This document shows, piece after piece, positions 50,030 through 58,246 of a stretch of 64,000 nt of DNA. Below the pieces are notes generated by a model. That model was not told the DNA's origin. It made no database searches and worked only from the letters and a program-made list of their open reading frames with translations. The DNA comes from Candidatus Limnocylindrus sp. (GTDB taxonomy: Bacteria > Chloroflexota > Limnocylindria > Limnocylindrales > Limnocylindraceae): positions 185,976 to 249,975 of the forward strand of contig JBBAWM010000001.1 in NCBI GenBank assembly GCA_040397175.1, in the 5' to 3' direction. A program made the position numbers and the translations under genes. Every line of letters begins with the position of its first letter. Within the stretch, counting starts at the first letter, position 1.

Positions 50030-51091
50030 TTACTGCGGCGTAGCTGCCGCGCGACGAAGGCGGTCCGCAATTGCCGAACCGAGGCCGCCCTCAGGATAGG
50101 GGGCGGCGACGATTCTCGCGGTGGGTACCGCGCGGCGGATCAGGTCAGCCTCCAGTTCATGCAGGCGCTCGAAGAGATGGGCTGCGGCGATGACGGGATC
50201 AAGCGTCTCCGAGAGGGCGACACGCATGTGGACCGTCGCGTTCGCGGCGGAGGCGAGTACCTCCAGGTGTGCGAGCGCTGCACGATCCGGCGCGAGGAGG
50301 GCGCACTCAGTTACCCCAGTCGGAAACCCAGCCGCCGCCAAGAGGAGCGGGACCGTTGGCGCATAGTGCGATTCGGTCATTCCGGGCGCCTGCAGAGGCG
50401 CGCCGGGTTGTGTCGTTGGCGTTGTCGTGACGATGCCACCGTGATCGGCGAGGAGGCGCGCGAGTTCCTCGAGCGGAACGCCGCCATGCCGCAAGAGGCG
50501 CGCCGGGCCACCGACATCGAGAGCAACAACGCTCGACTCGACGCCAATTTCGGTTGCCTTACCGAGCAGGATTGCGTCGATGCGCCCATCGAGCTGTTCG
50601 AGGACATGGTCGGCGGTCGTGGGTGAGAGGCGGCCGAAGCGATTGGCGCTCGGCGCAGCGATCGGCGTCCCCGCCGCGCGGATGAGGGCAAGCGCCGTCT
50701 CGTGTCGTGGCAGACGCACGCCCACCGTTTCGAGCCCGGCACGTACGAGCCCAGGAACTTCGGGTCGCGCCGCGGCAACGATCGTGAGTGGCCCTGGCCA
50801 GAGGGCATCCGTGAGGATGCGGATGCGCGGATCGGCAAGGGCACGCTCGGTGAAAAGGTGGGCGAGGTCGGTGCGATCCGCGATGTGCACGATGAGAGGG
50901 TCAAAGGTGGGGCGACCCTTCGCCTCAAAGATGCGCGCGACGGCGGGCGCATCGAAGGCGTTAGCACCGAGTCCGTAGACCGTCTCGGTAGGGAATGCGA
51001 CGAGGCCGCCGGCGCGGATGATCGCAGCGGCGCGCGGCATCGACTCGGCGGCGGAGTGTGGCGTTCGCGCGCGCAGGCGTTCGGTGATCAC
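50030..51091 (-). CDS. sua5: L-threonylcarbamoyladenylate synthase (Sua5/TsaC)
   Basis: AFPTETVYGLGA, KGRP, AAPSANRFG, PGMTESHYAP. Confidence 0.94.
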   Translation of the reverse strand: MITERLRARTPHSAAESMPRAAAIIRAGGLVAFPTETVYGLGANAFDAPAVARIFEAKGRPTFDPLIVHIADRTDLAHLFTERALADPRIRILTDALWPGPLTIVAAARPEVPGLVRAGLETVGVRLPRHETALALIRAAGTPIAAPSANRFGRLSPTTADHVLEQLDGRIDAILLGKATEIGVESSVVALDVGGPARLLRHGGVPLEELARLLADHGGIVTTTPTTQPGAPLQAPGMTESHYAPTVPLLLAAAGFPTGVTECALLAPDRAALAHLEVLASAANATVHMRVALSETLDPVIAAAHLFERLHELEADLIRRAVPTARIVAAPYPEGGLGSAIADRLRRAAATPQ

Positions 51092-51912
51092 GCCGGTCGT
51101 GCCACGTCAATCATCAGTGCGGCGTGATCCGATGGAGATTCGCCCTTGCGTCCGTCGCGGTCCACGCTGCTCGCCACGATTTGACCGGCGCGTGCCTCAA
51201 CGAGCAGGTGATCGATGCGCATCCCCCAGCCGCGATGAAAGGCGCCGCCTCGGTAATCCCACCAGGTGAACGGTGCGCGCTCGCCGGTGGGAGCTACCGC
51301 TTGTGCCGCATCTACCAGCCCAAGGTTCACCAAGGCGTTCCAGGCGTGGCGCTCTCGCGGCGTGACATGGGTTGCCCCAACCAGTGCGGCTGGATTCCAC
51401 ACATCGGCGTCGGTCGGCGCCACGTTGAAGTCACCTCCGAGGAGGAGCGGGGCAGGCTCGGTGATGCGCTCCGCCGACCAGGCACGTAGCGCGCCAAACC
51501 AGTGAAGCTTGGCGTGGAAGTGTGGTGCGTCCACCTCGCGGCCATTCGGCGCGTAGACCGATGCGACGCGCAGCCCCCCGCACACGGCGCTGATCAGGCG
51601 CGGCTCACTGAGTAGATCGGGGAGTGTGGGGTCGCTTCCCTCCGGCGCGTAGTTGGCGATGCTCTCTTGGACTTCACTTAGTCCGTGTCGCGATGCAATC
51701 AGGACGCCGTTGCGTCCACCGGCGCCAAGGGCGGCGACCTCATACGATCGCGTCGAGAAGAGCCCTTCGGGTATCTGCGACGGATCGCACTTCGTCTCCT
51801 GCAGCAGCACGATGTCTGGTTGCGCCGCATCCAGCCAAGCGGCGACCCGCTCGGCACGGGCGCGGAGGCCGTTGACGTTCCAGGTGGCAATCCGAAGGCT
51901 TGGCGCGGTCAT
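51088..51912 (-). CDS. xth: Exodeoxyribonuclease III
   Basis: ATWNVNG, LQETK, GDFN, TWWDYR, RIDH, SDH. Confidence 0.93.
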   Translation of the reverse strand: MTAPSLRIATWNVNGLRARAERVAAWLDAAQPDIVLLQETKCDPSQIPEGLFSTRSYEVAALGAGGRNGVLIASRHGLSEVQESIANYAPEGSDPTLPDLLSEPRLISAVCGGLRVASVYAPNGREVDAPHFHAKLHWFGALRAWSAERITEPAPLLLGGDFNVAPTDADVWNPAALVGATHVTPRERHAWNALVNLGLVDAAQAVAPTGERAPFTWWDYRGGAFHRGWGMRIDHLLVEARAGQIVASSVDRDGRKGESPSDHAALMIDVARPA

Positions 51913-51926
51913 GGCTGACCCAGGCG

Positions 51927-52214
51927 CTAAGAGCGAGGCCCGCGCAAGATGGCGCCGATGATCCCCGCGTCGAGTGGCGCACCAGCCTCGCCGGTTGGAT
52001 CCGATGCTTCGGTGATGGGGTGAAGTCCGAGCGCAGTGAGTGCCGCGATCGCGGCCTGCAACTGCGCATCGGGAACAGCAAGGTGAAGTGAGCCATCTGA
52101 TTCGGGTGCGCCCATGATGCCGTCGACGGTGATACCGGCCGTGGCGAGCACAGCGGCAACGGCGGCAAGGCTGCCGACCTTCGGGGAGACCGCAACGGTA
52201 AACCAGGCGCTCAT
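51927..52214 (-). CDS. Small ACT-domain-like protein
   Basis: KVGSLAAVAAVLATAGITV pattern; TATGAT box before the ATG. Confidence 0.65.
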   Translation of the reverse strand: MSAWFTVAVSPKVGSLAAVAAVLATAGITVDGIMGAPESDGSLHLAVPDAQLQAAIAALTALGLHPITEASDPTGEAGAPLDAGIIGAILRGPRS

Positions 52215-52253
52215 GCGCCAATCATAGGGGTGGAGCTGCGCCGATGGGTGCGA

Positions 52254-52285
52254 TCCGGGCGCACCCCGCCTGGGGTACGCCCGGA
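52254..52285. terminator. GC-rich hairpin downstream of the MFS gene
   Basis: TCCGGGCGCACCCC-gcct-GGGGTACGCCCGGA. Confidence 0.55.
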
Positions 52286-52290
52286 GCCAC

Positions 52291-53952
52291 TTACATTTCG
52301 GCTGGTGCGCCCTTCGCTCCGCCACGGAGCGGGATCTCTTCGATCAGGGTGGCGGCAACGAATGCCACCAGGCTCGCCACGACGGAGAGCCAGAAGATTG
52401 AACCGATCGCATCGGCAATACCCGCCTTAATCGCGTTGAAGAAGGCATCCAGGTACTGCACCGGGATCAGGCTGATGAGCGCCTGATCAAACTTGCCACC
52501 AACGTTGGTGAGCTGCGCAAAGTCACCACCAATGGCGGTGAAGAATGGGTTGAAGGTTCCCACTGGGGCGGCCTTCGCCAACTCCGCTGGAATCGTGGTG
52601 GCCAACTGCCCACCGAAGTAGGAGCCAACGAGCGCCAAGCCCACCGAACCACCAACCTGGCGGAAGAAGGTGAGGTTCGACGTTGCCGCGCCGAGGAACT
52701 TGAACGGCACCGCATTCTGCACCACGATCGTAAAGACCGAGAGAGTTGGTCCAACGCCGAGGCCGGCGAGGAACATCCAAAGGCGCAGGACCCATGGATC
52801 AGTGTCAGCCTTGATGTTCGTCAGCAGCACGGATGCTGCAGCAACGAGCAAGATGGCCCCAAGAATCAGTGTCTTGTAGCGACCGCGTCGCGCCACGATC
52901 TGGCCAGCGGCGACCGAGCTAATGATCACCCCCAGCAAGAGCGGGAGTGTGGCGTAGCCCGAATTGGTCGCCGTCTCGCCAAGTACCGTCTGGAAGTAGC
53001 GTGGCAAGAAGATGATTGAGGCGAAGAATCCGAACGAGGCGAAGAACGAGGCCGCAGCGGCGGCCGCGAACGTGCGGTTACGGAAGAGCTCGAGTGGGAT
53101 GATCGGCTCTTCGACCTTTGCCTCAATGAAGAGGAAGAGGCCAAGGAGTGCGAGTCCGAGCGAGATCAAACCAGCAACCTCTGGCGTTGCAAACGCGTTC
53201 GTCTTCACGTTGGTGAGGCCAATGAGCACCGGAATGATGCCAGCGGCAAAGACGAGCGCGCCCAAGAAGTCGATCTTCTGGTTGGCACGCCCCTTGATCG
53301 TTGGAAGCTCAAGCAGAATGATGGCAATGCTGATCAAGCCGATCGGCAGGTTGACGTAGAAGATCAGGTGCCAGCTAAAGGTGTCGGTAAGCCAGCCGCC
53401 GAGCGCTGGGCCAACGAGGCTTGCCAGTCCGAAGACTGCGCCGAAGAGCCCCTGATAGCGACCGCGCTCCTTGGCGGAGTAGAGGTCACCAATGGTTGCA
53501 AGGGCAATGGGGAAGAGCGCACCAGCGCCAAGCCCCTGAATGCCACGGAAGATGATCAGCTGCTCAATGTTCTGCGAGAGACCCGCAAGAACGGATCCGA
53601 GCAAGAAGAGTCCAACTCCGGTCAAGAGAAGCGGCTTACGGCCGTACATGTCGGAAAGCTTGCCGTAGATCGGCACCGTTACCGTGCTCGCAAGCAGATA
53701 GATGGTTACGACCCAGGTGTAGAGATTTGCACCACTCAAATCGGTGATGATCTTCGGGAGCGCAGTGCCGACGATCGTCTGGTCCAGCGCGCCCAAGAAG
53801 AGGGCAAGCATGATCGCGACGATGATTCCCTGCTTGGCACGCTTCGAAAGGTCGGCCCCTGCAGGTCCAGGTGCCGCTTTCGCCGCTGCCGGCTTCTTCG
53901 CCGTTGCGGTTTTCTTCGCCGCAACGGGGCGGCGAGACTTGGTTGTGGCCAT
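52291..53952 (-). CDS. MFS transporter, DHA2 (EmrB/QacA) family
   Basis: LDQTIVGTALP, GKLSDMYGRK, about 14 TM helices; GGAGG SD. Confidence 0.92.
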   Translation of the reverse strand: MATTKSRRPVAAKKTATAKKPAAAKAAPGPAGADLSKRAKQGIIVAIMLALFLGALDQTIVGTALPKIITDLSGANLYTWVVTIYLLASTVTVPIYGKLSDMYGRKPLLLTGVGLFLLGSVLAGLSQNIEQLIIFRGIQGLGAGALFPIALATIGDLYSAKERGRYQGLFGAVFGLASLVGPALGGWLTDTFSWHLIFYVNLPIGLISIAIILLELPTIKGRANQKIDFLGALVFAAGIIPVLIGLTNVKTNAFATPEVAGLISLGLALLGLFLFIEAKVEEPIIPLELFRNRTFAAAAAASFFASFGFFASIIFLPRYFQTVLGETATNSGYATLPLLLGVIISSVAAGQIVARRGRYKTLILGAILLVAAASVLLTNIKADTDPWVLRLWMFLAGLGVGPTLSVFTIVVQNAVPFKFLGAATSNLTFFRQVGGSVGLALVGSYFGGQLATTIPAELAKAAPVGTFNPFFTAIGGDFAQLTNVGGKFDQALISLIPVQYLDAFFNAIKAGIADAIGSIFWLSVVASLVAFVAATLIEEIPLRGGAKGAPAEM

Positions 53953-54054
53953 TCGGTGAACCTCCATATCGCGCCGTCGGGTCTCCGACGATACTTCGCG
54001 TTGCAACTACCTTACCCTGCACCGCAGATGCCTGCTGAGCGGTAGGGTTCCCCT

Positions 54055-54996
54055 ATGCAGATTGCCGTGGTCATTGAGGGGCAGATGAACCTGTCGTACG
54101 AGCAGCAGCTCGCTGCCGCTCGGCGAGCTGAGGCTGTTGGCATCAGTGGCTTCTTCCGCACCGACCATTACGAATCGTTCCCAGGCTCCGACGACCAGGC
54201 GACCACCGACGCCTGGAGCGTGTTAGCGGGGATCGCTCGTGAAACGAAATCCATCACCCTCGGCACGCTGGTTAGCCCGGTTACCTTCCGAGCCCCGGGG
54301 GAGTTCGCCAAGGTGGTTGCAACGGTGCAAGAGATGGCGGGGCGGCGGATTCACGCCGGCCTCGGCACCGGCTGGCACGAGTCGGAGCATCGCCGCTACG
54401 GCTTCCCATTCCCCGAAATGGCGACGCGTGCAGAGATGCTCGAAGAGCAGCTTGAGATCGTTCGCGGACTCTGGGCAGGCTCCGACGGCTGGTCGTTCAG
54501 CGGCAAGCACTACAGCGTGAGCGACGCCCTCTTCCGACCAAAGCCAACACCCGTTCCGTGGATCATCACCGGCGGTGAAGGCTCGCCGCGCGGCATGCGC
54601 ATCGCAGCGAAGCACTCGGATGAATTCAACCTCACCTCATCGACCCCTGCGACCGCCCGCGAGAAGTTCGCGCAGCTCGACGCAACGTGTGCCGCGGCTG
54701 GGCGGGCGCCCGAGAGTCTTGCGCGCTCCGCGATGACGGGCATGATGATCGGTCGAACGGAGGCGGAGTATCTTGAGAAGCTGCGCGGCTTCATGTCGCG
54801 CGTTGGGGCGGCTGGGGATCCGGAGGAGTACCTCGCACCACGTCGCGCACGATGGCTGGTCGGCACTCCCGACCAAGCGTTGGTGCAGATGCGCGCATTT
54901 CGCGATGCTGGGGCGAGTCGACTGATGGTGCAACACATGGATCCTACGGAGACCGCATCGCTCGATCTGCTTGCGGAGCTCCACGCGCAGCTCTAG
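54055..54996 (+). CDS. LLM-class flavin/F420-dependent oxidoreductase
   Basis: FRTDHY, TDAW, LGTLVSPVTFR, GLGTGW. Confidence 0.88.
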   Translation: MQIAVVIEGQMNLSYEQQLAAARRAEAVGISGFFRTDHYESFPGSDDQATTDAWSVLAGIARETKSITLGTLVSPVTFRAPGEFAKVVATVQEMAGRRIHAGLGTGWHESEHRRYGFPFPEMATRAEMLEEQLEIVRGLWAGSDGWSFSGKHYSVSDALFRPKPTPVPWIITGGEGSPRGMRIAAKHSDEFNLTSSTPATAREKFAQLDATCAAAGRAPESLARSAMTGMMIGRTEAEYLEKLRGFMSRVGAAGDPEEYLAPRRARWLVGTPDQALVQMRAFRDAGASRLMVQHMDPTETASLDLLAELHAQL

Positions 54997-55005
54997 CGCA
55001 CCCAC

Positions 55006-55365
55006 TCAACGCAACGCGGCGATCCTTCCACGGCGGTCGCGCGGCCCGATGCGAAAGATCACCCTGCCACGGAGTGCGCTGGATGGCAGTGCGCCGTCCT
55101 GACGCGAGTCACGCGAGAGGGCGGCGTTATCCCCGAGGAGCCAGAGTCCCGATACACCTGGAGGTGGGGGAGCCACACGCTTAACGTCGAGGCGACCGTC
55201 GCGCGCAACGATGACCACGCTGCCGATCGGTGGTGCGCCACGGAGGCCTGGGAGGCCATCGGGGCCCGCAGGAAGCACAAGGAGCCGGTCCCCCGGAAGG
55301 AGGGCCGGCTCCATTGAGCGTTCAGCAACATCGGCGACCCAGATCCGTCTGGGCCGTTTCGTCAC
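55006..55365 (-). CDS. sodX: Ni-SOD maturation protease (S26 family)
   Basis: SMEPAL, VKR, GDN...DSR; directly downstream of sodN. Confidence 0.82.
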   Translation of the reverse strand: MTKRPRRIWVADVAERSMEPALLPGDRLLVLPAGPDGLPGLRGAPPIGSVVIVARDGRLDVKRVAPPPPGVSGLWLLGDNAALSRDSRQDGALPSSALRGRVIFRIGPRDRRGRIAALR

Positions 55366-55374
55366 AGCGGTGCG

Positions 55375-55785
55375 TTACGCCTTCGACGCGACGAACGTGG
55401 CAGCGAACGCCTCGGTCGCGGCAACAAGTTCTGCCGCTGCAGCTGGGTCAACGTTCTGCTTGTTCTTCGATGCCAACTTCAACAGCTTCCAGACCTGGTC
55501 GTGCAGCCCTGGGAACTTCGCCAGGTGCTCTGCCTTGAAGTAGTCGGACCAGATCACCTGAACCTCATGCTTCACCTTTTCGGCGTGCTCCTCTTTCGTC
55601 GTGATGCAACGCACGAGCTTATTGCGCGTGGCGGCATCGGTTACCTCAATCTGCCCGATCAGTTCGACCATGCGCGCGACCGTCTTGGCGGCTACGACCG
55701 CCCCCGATGGGTCATAGATGCCACACGGCACATCGCAGTGCGCATGGACGGTGACTGGTGTGAACTCGGTGAATAGGTTTCGCAT
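55375..55785 (-). CDS. sodN: Nickel superoxide dismutase precursor
   Basis: Ni-hook HCDVPCGIYDP after a short propeptide; KEEHA, WSDYFK. Confidence 0.96.
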   Translation of the reverse strand: MRNLFTEFTPVTVHAHCDVPCGIYDPSGAVVAAKTVARMVELIGQIEVTDAATRNKLVRCITTKEEHAEKVKHEVQVIWSDYFKAEHLAKFPGLHDQVWKLLKLASKNKQNVDPAAAAELVAATEAFAATFVASKA

Positions 55786-55798
55786 GTTGCTCTCCTCT

Positions 55799-56155
55799 CT
55801 ACTTGCTGATTGAGTTGACAAATACGGCAACCGCCACGTTGAGCAGCGCAAGTATGCCGATTGCGTGATACGTGTTCGCAGCAATGGAGACGTCCTTTCG
55901 ACGTGGCCACGCCAGCAGCAAGATCACAGCCGTGACGGCAATCTTGATGCCGTACTTCGTACGGTTGACCGGGTCGGTCCCCATCTCGGCGATCCCAAGA
56001 AGTAGGATGCCCGTTACGAACTGGAGCAGTGTCCCGTGCGTGATTCCAGCCGAAAGTCGCTTTGGGGAGTTCGATAGTCCGGCGAAGTAGCCGCCCACGA
56101 TTGCAGCCATACCGAGTAAATGAATGAAGACGAGTACGAGCGTTGCGGACTCCAT
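55799..56155 (-). CDS. Four-TM integral membrane protein
   Basis: 4 hydrophobic helices with His residues; GAGGGG SD. Confidence 0.7.
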   Translation of the reverse strand: MESATLVLVFIHLLGMAAIVGGYFAGLSNSPKRLSAGITHGTLLQFVTGILLLGIAEMGTDPVNRTKYGIKIAVTAVILLLAWPRRKDVSIAANTYHAIGILALLNVAVAVFVNSISK

Positions 56156-56269
56156 AGGTGCCCCTCTCTGCTGCGCGGCCAGGCTGGCCGCCCCTCCCTA
56201 CGGTAGCGGACTGTGCGGCGTGCGGCAGCCTCTCGTGGTGGGGGGTGTGAGCGTGTAGGGTTTCACGAT

Positions 56270-57031
56270 ATGAGTGAGCGAAAGGTTCGGGCGTACAGCT
56301 CGTACAGCCGAGATGCCTTGATCCCGCCCGCAGAGGGCGAGGGTGTCGCGTGGCTCGGGCGCCAGCCGTGGGCTGAGGCGAGCCTCTCCTACCGAGCCCT
56401 ACGGCTCACGCTGCGCCTGGTGCTTGGTGCCTTGGGCATGCGCGTGCGTGGGATCGGCCTAGACCGATTGGCGACATCGGGGCCGCGCATCCTCGTTGGC
56501 GCCCCGCATCGTCGCTACTACGAAGCGTTCGCGCTAGGCATCGTCGCCCCCGCAGCGCCGCGGATCTGGTGGCTCGGCCTCGGACCCTTCATCGTTGGTC
56601 GTGGTCGCATCCGTGCGGGGCTGCTGCGACGGCTCGGTGGCCTCCTTCCCGTTTGGCGCGGCACGAGCGGCATTGAGACGCATCTGAATGCGGCGAGCGC
56701 GGTCTTCGCCGCCGGTGCCCACTACGGCGTAATGCCCGAAGGGGGAACCGGCGGGCCTGTTGATCGCTTCGCCGAGTTCCGCCCAGGCGCCGCGATTATC
56801 GCCATGCGCACGGGGGTGCCCGTCGTGCCGGTGATCTTCCGATTCCACAACCGCAGGTTTGGCCTACCCAGCGTTGAGGTCATCGCGCTCGAGGACACCT
56901 CTCCGTGTACGGATCGTCCGACACCAGCATCTGGGAGCCGGGAGGAGTTGAGCTTCGCTGCGGAATGGAGCGAATCCCTTGCTGATCGTATGGAGACGAT
57001 GTGGCGCGAGGGGCTAGGATCCGCGTCATGA
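56270..57031 (+). CDS. Lysophospholipid acyltransferase (PlsC-like), divergent
   Basis: PHRRYYE (HX4D/E), MPEG, GAA...VPVVPV. Confidence 0.7.
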   Translation: MSERKVRAYSSYSRDALIPPAEGEGVAWLGRQPWAEASLSYRALRLTLRLVLGALGMRVRGIGLDRLATSGPRILVGAPHRRYYEAFALGIVAPAAPRIWWLGLGPFIVGRGRIRAGLLRRLGGLLPVWRGTSGIETHLNAASAVFAAGAHYGVMPEGGTGGPVDRFAEFRPGAAIIAMRTGVPVVPVIFRFHNRRFGLPSVEVIALEDTSPCTDRPTPASGSREELSFAAEWSESLADRMETMWREGLGSAS

Positions 57032-57876
57032 GCGCCAACGTTTGTCCCTTTATTGCGACGGGGGCCGACTCCTCGAAGCGATCGTCGCAGCCGAGTGCGG
57101 CGCACTCCTGTTTCGCGACGCGTCCCGCTGAGCCGATCAATCTGCAGCGACAGGGTGAGACGTGCCTCACGCCAACATTTACCTCCTGCCCAATCTTTCT
57201 CGCGTGGGCGTCACGAGAAGCGGCGCAAACCATCGATGCGCCGGCACCCCAGCCGCTCCCATTCGGCACCCCCGCAGCGAGCGCCCCAGTAGATCTGGCG
57301 GCCGCAACCCTTGGCATCGATGAGATTGATGTCGCGTATGACGATCTGCCCGAGGGAAGTATCTGGTCCGCTGCACCAACACCTGGAGAGCAGAAGTACG
57401 AGCTCAGTCCAGCCGAAGAGGAACGCGCGCGCCTGGTGCCGCTCCACAAGCGTCGCTCCATGGATGATGAGGCGCCTCGCGCCGCACTCCGACTCCCCAA
57501 GATTCCAGGGGGAACTCGAGGCGCCGCGGCGTCACTCGTGCTCGCCGCAGTCGTGCTCTTCTCGCTCCCGACGATCTTGAAGGGGGTGAATGGCTTCATC
57601 GCCGGAGTGACGGCAACACCATCGCCGAGCGCCTCACCAACGTCGAAGGCCAGCCCAACGCCAACGCCGACGCCGACGCCAACTCCAGAATCGGTGACCT
57701 ACCGCGTAAAGTCGGGCGACTCCCTGAGCAAGATTGCCGGGATCTACCAGGTCAGCATCGATGTGATCTTGAGTGCAAATCCCGCGATAGATCGCAAGAA
57801 GCTCACGATTTTCGTTGGTCAGGAGTTGATCATCCCGCAGGTGATCCCCGATGTGGTGACCTCGCCAAGCCCGTAG
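57028..57876 (+). CDS. Membrane-anchored LysM-domain protein
   Basis: N-terminal Cys cluster, one TM helix, PT/PS linker, YRVKSGDSLSKIA...GQELIIP. Confidence 0.85.
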   Translation: MSANVCPFIATGADSSKRSSQPSAAHSCFATRPAEPINLQRQGETCLTPTFTSCPIFLAWASREAAQTIDAPAPQPLPFGTPAASAPVDLAAATLGIDEIDVAYDDLPEGSIWSAAPTPGEQKYELSPAEEERARLVPLHKRRSMDDEAPRAALRLPKIPGGTRGAAASLVLAAVVLFSLPTILKGVNGFIAGVTATPSPSASPTSKASPTPTPTPTPTPESVTYRVKSGDSLSKIAGIYQVSIDVILSANPAIDRKKLTIFVGQELIIPQVIPDVVTSPSP

Positions 57877-57887
57877 CGGGCGCGGTG

Positions 57888-58223
57888 CTAGCGGTCGCGC
57901 GGCGAGAAGTTGATTGCGGTGATCTTGCCCGCTTCGACCTTGAAGGTTGCGTCGATCTTGCTGCTCTTTGATCCGGGTCGCACGACGAGGATGTCGCACT
58001 CCACCTGATGGCCAGTGTCCTTGACTTCGCCTGGAATCATGCGCAGCCCCTTGTCGGCGCGCAGGAACCAGCCGCCAACTCGCTCATGGCCCTTGAGTAG
58101 CTGGACGCTCTCAGCAACATGGACGCGCATCTCGATGCGCTCATCCATGAGCTTGAGGGCGCCGGCGCGGTCGTCGGCATTCAGCAGCTCAAAGAAGGCG
58201 TCGGTTGTGTCTTGTGCACCCAT
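57888..58223 (-). CDS. SnoaL/NTF2-like small protein
   Basis: AFFELLNADD...GKITAI pattern. Confidence 0.6.
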   Translation of the reverse strand: MGAQDTTDAFFELLNADDRAGALKLMDERIEMRVHVAESVQLLKGHERVGGWFLRADKGLRMIPGEVKDTGHQVECDILVVRPGSKSSKIDATFKVEAGKITAINFSPRDR

Positions 58224-58246
58224 GCGCTGATGGTACCCTGCCGACC

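Noticed and set aside
57610-57690. CCAACG/CCGACG short repeats
   Set aside because: They encode an ordinary Pro/Thr/Ser linker before the LysM domain.
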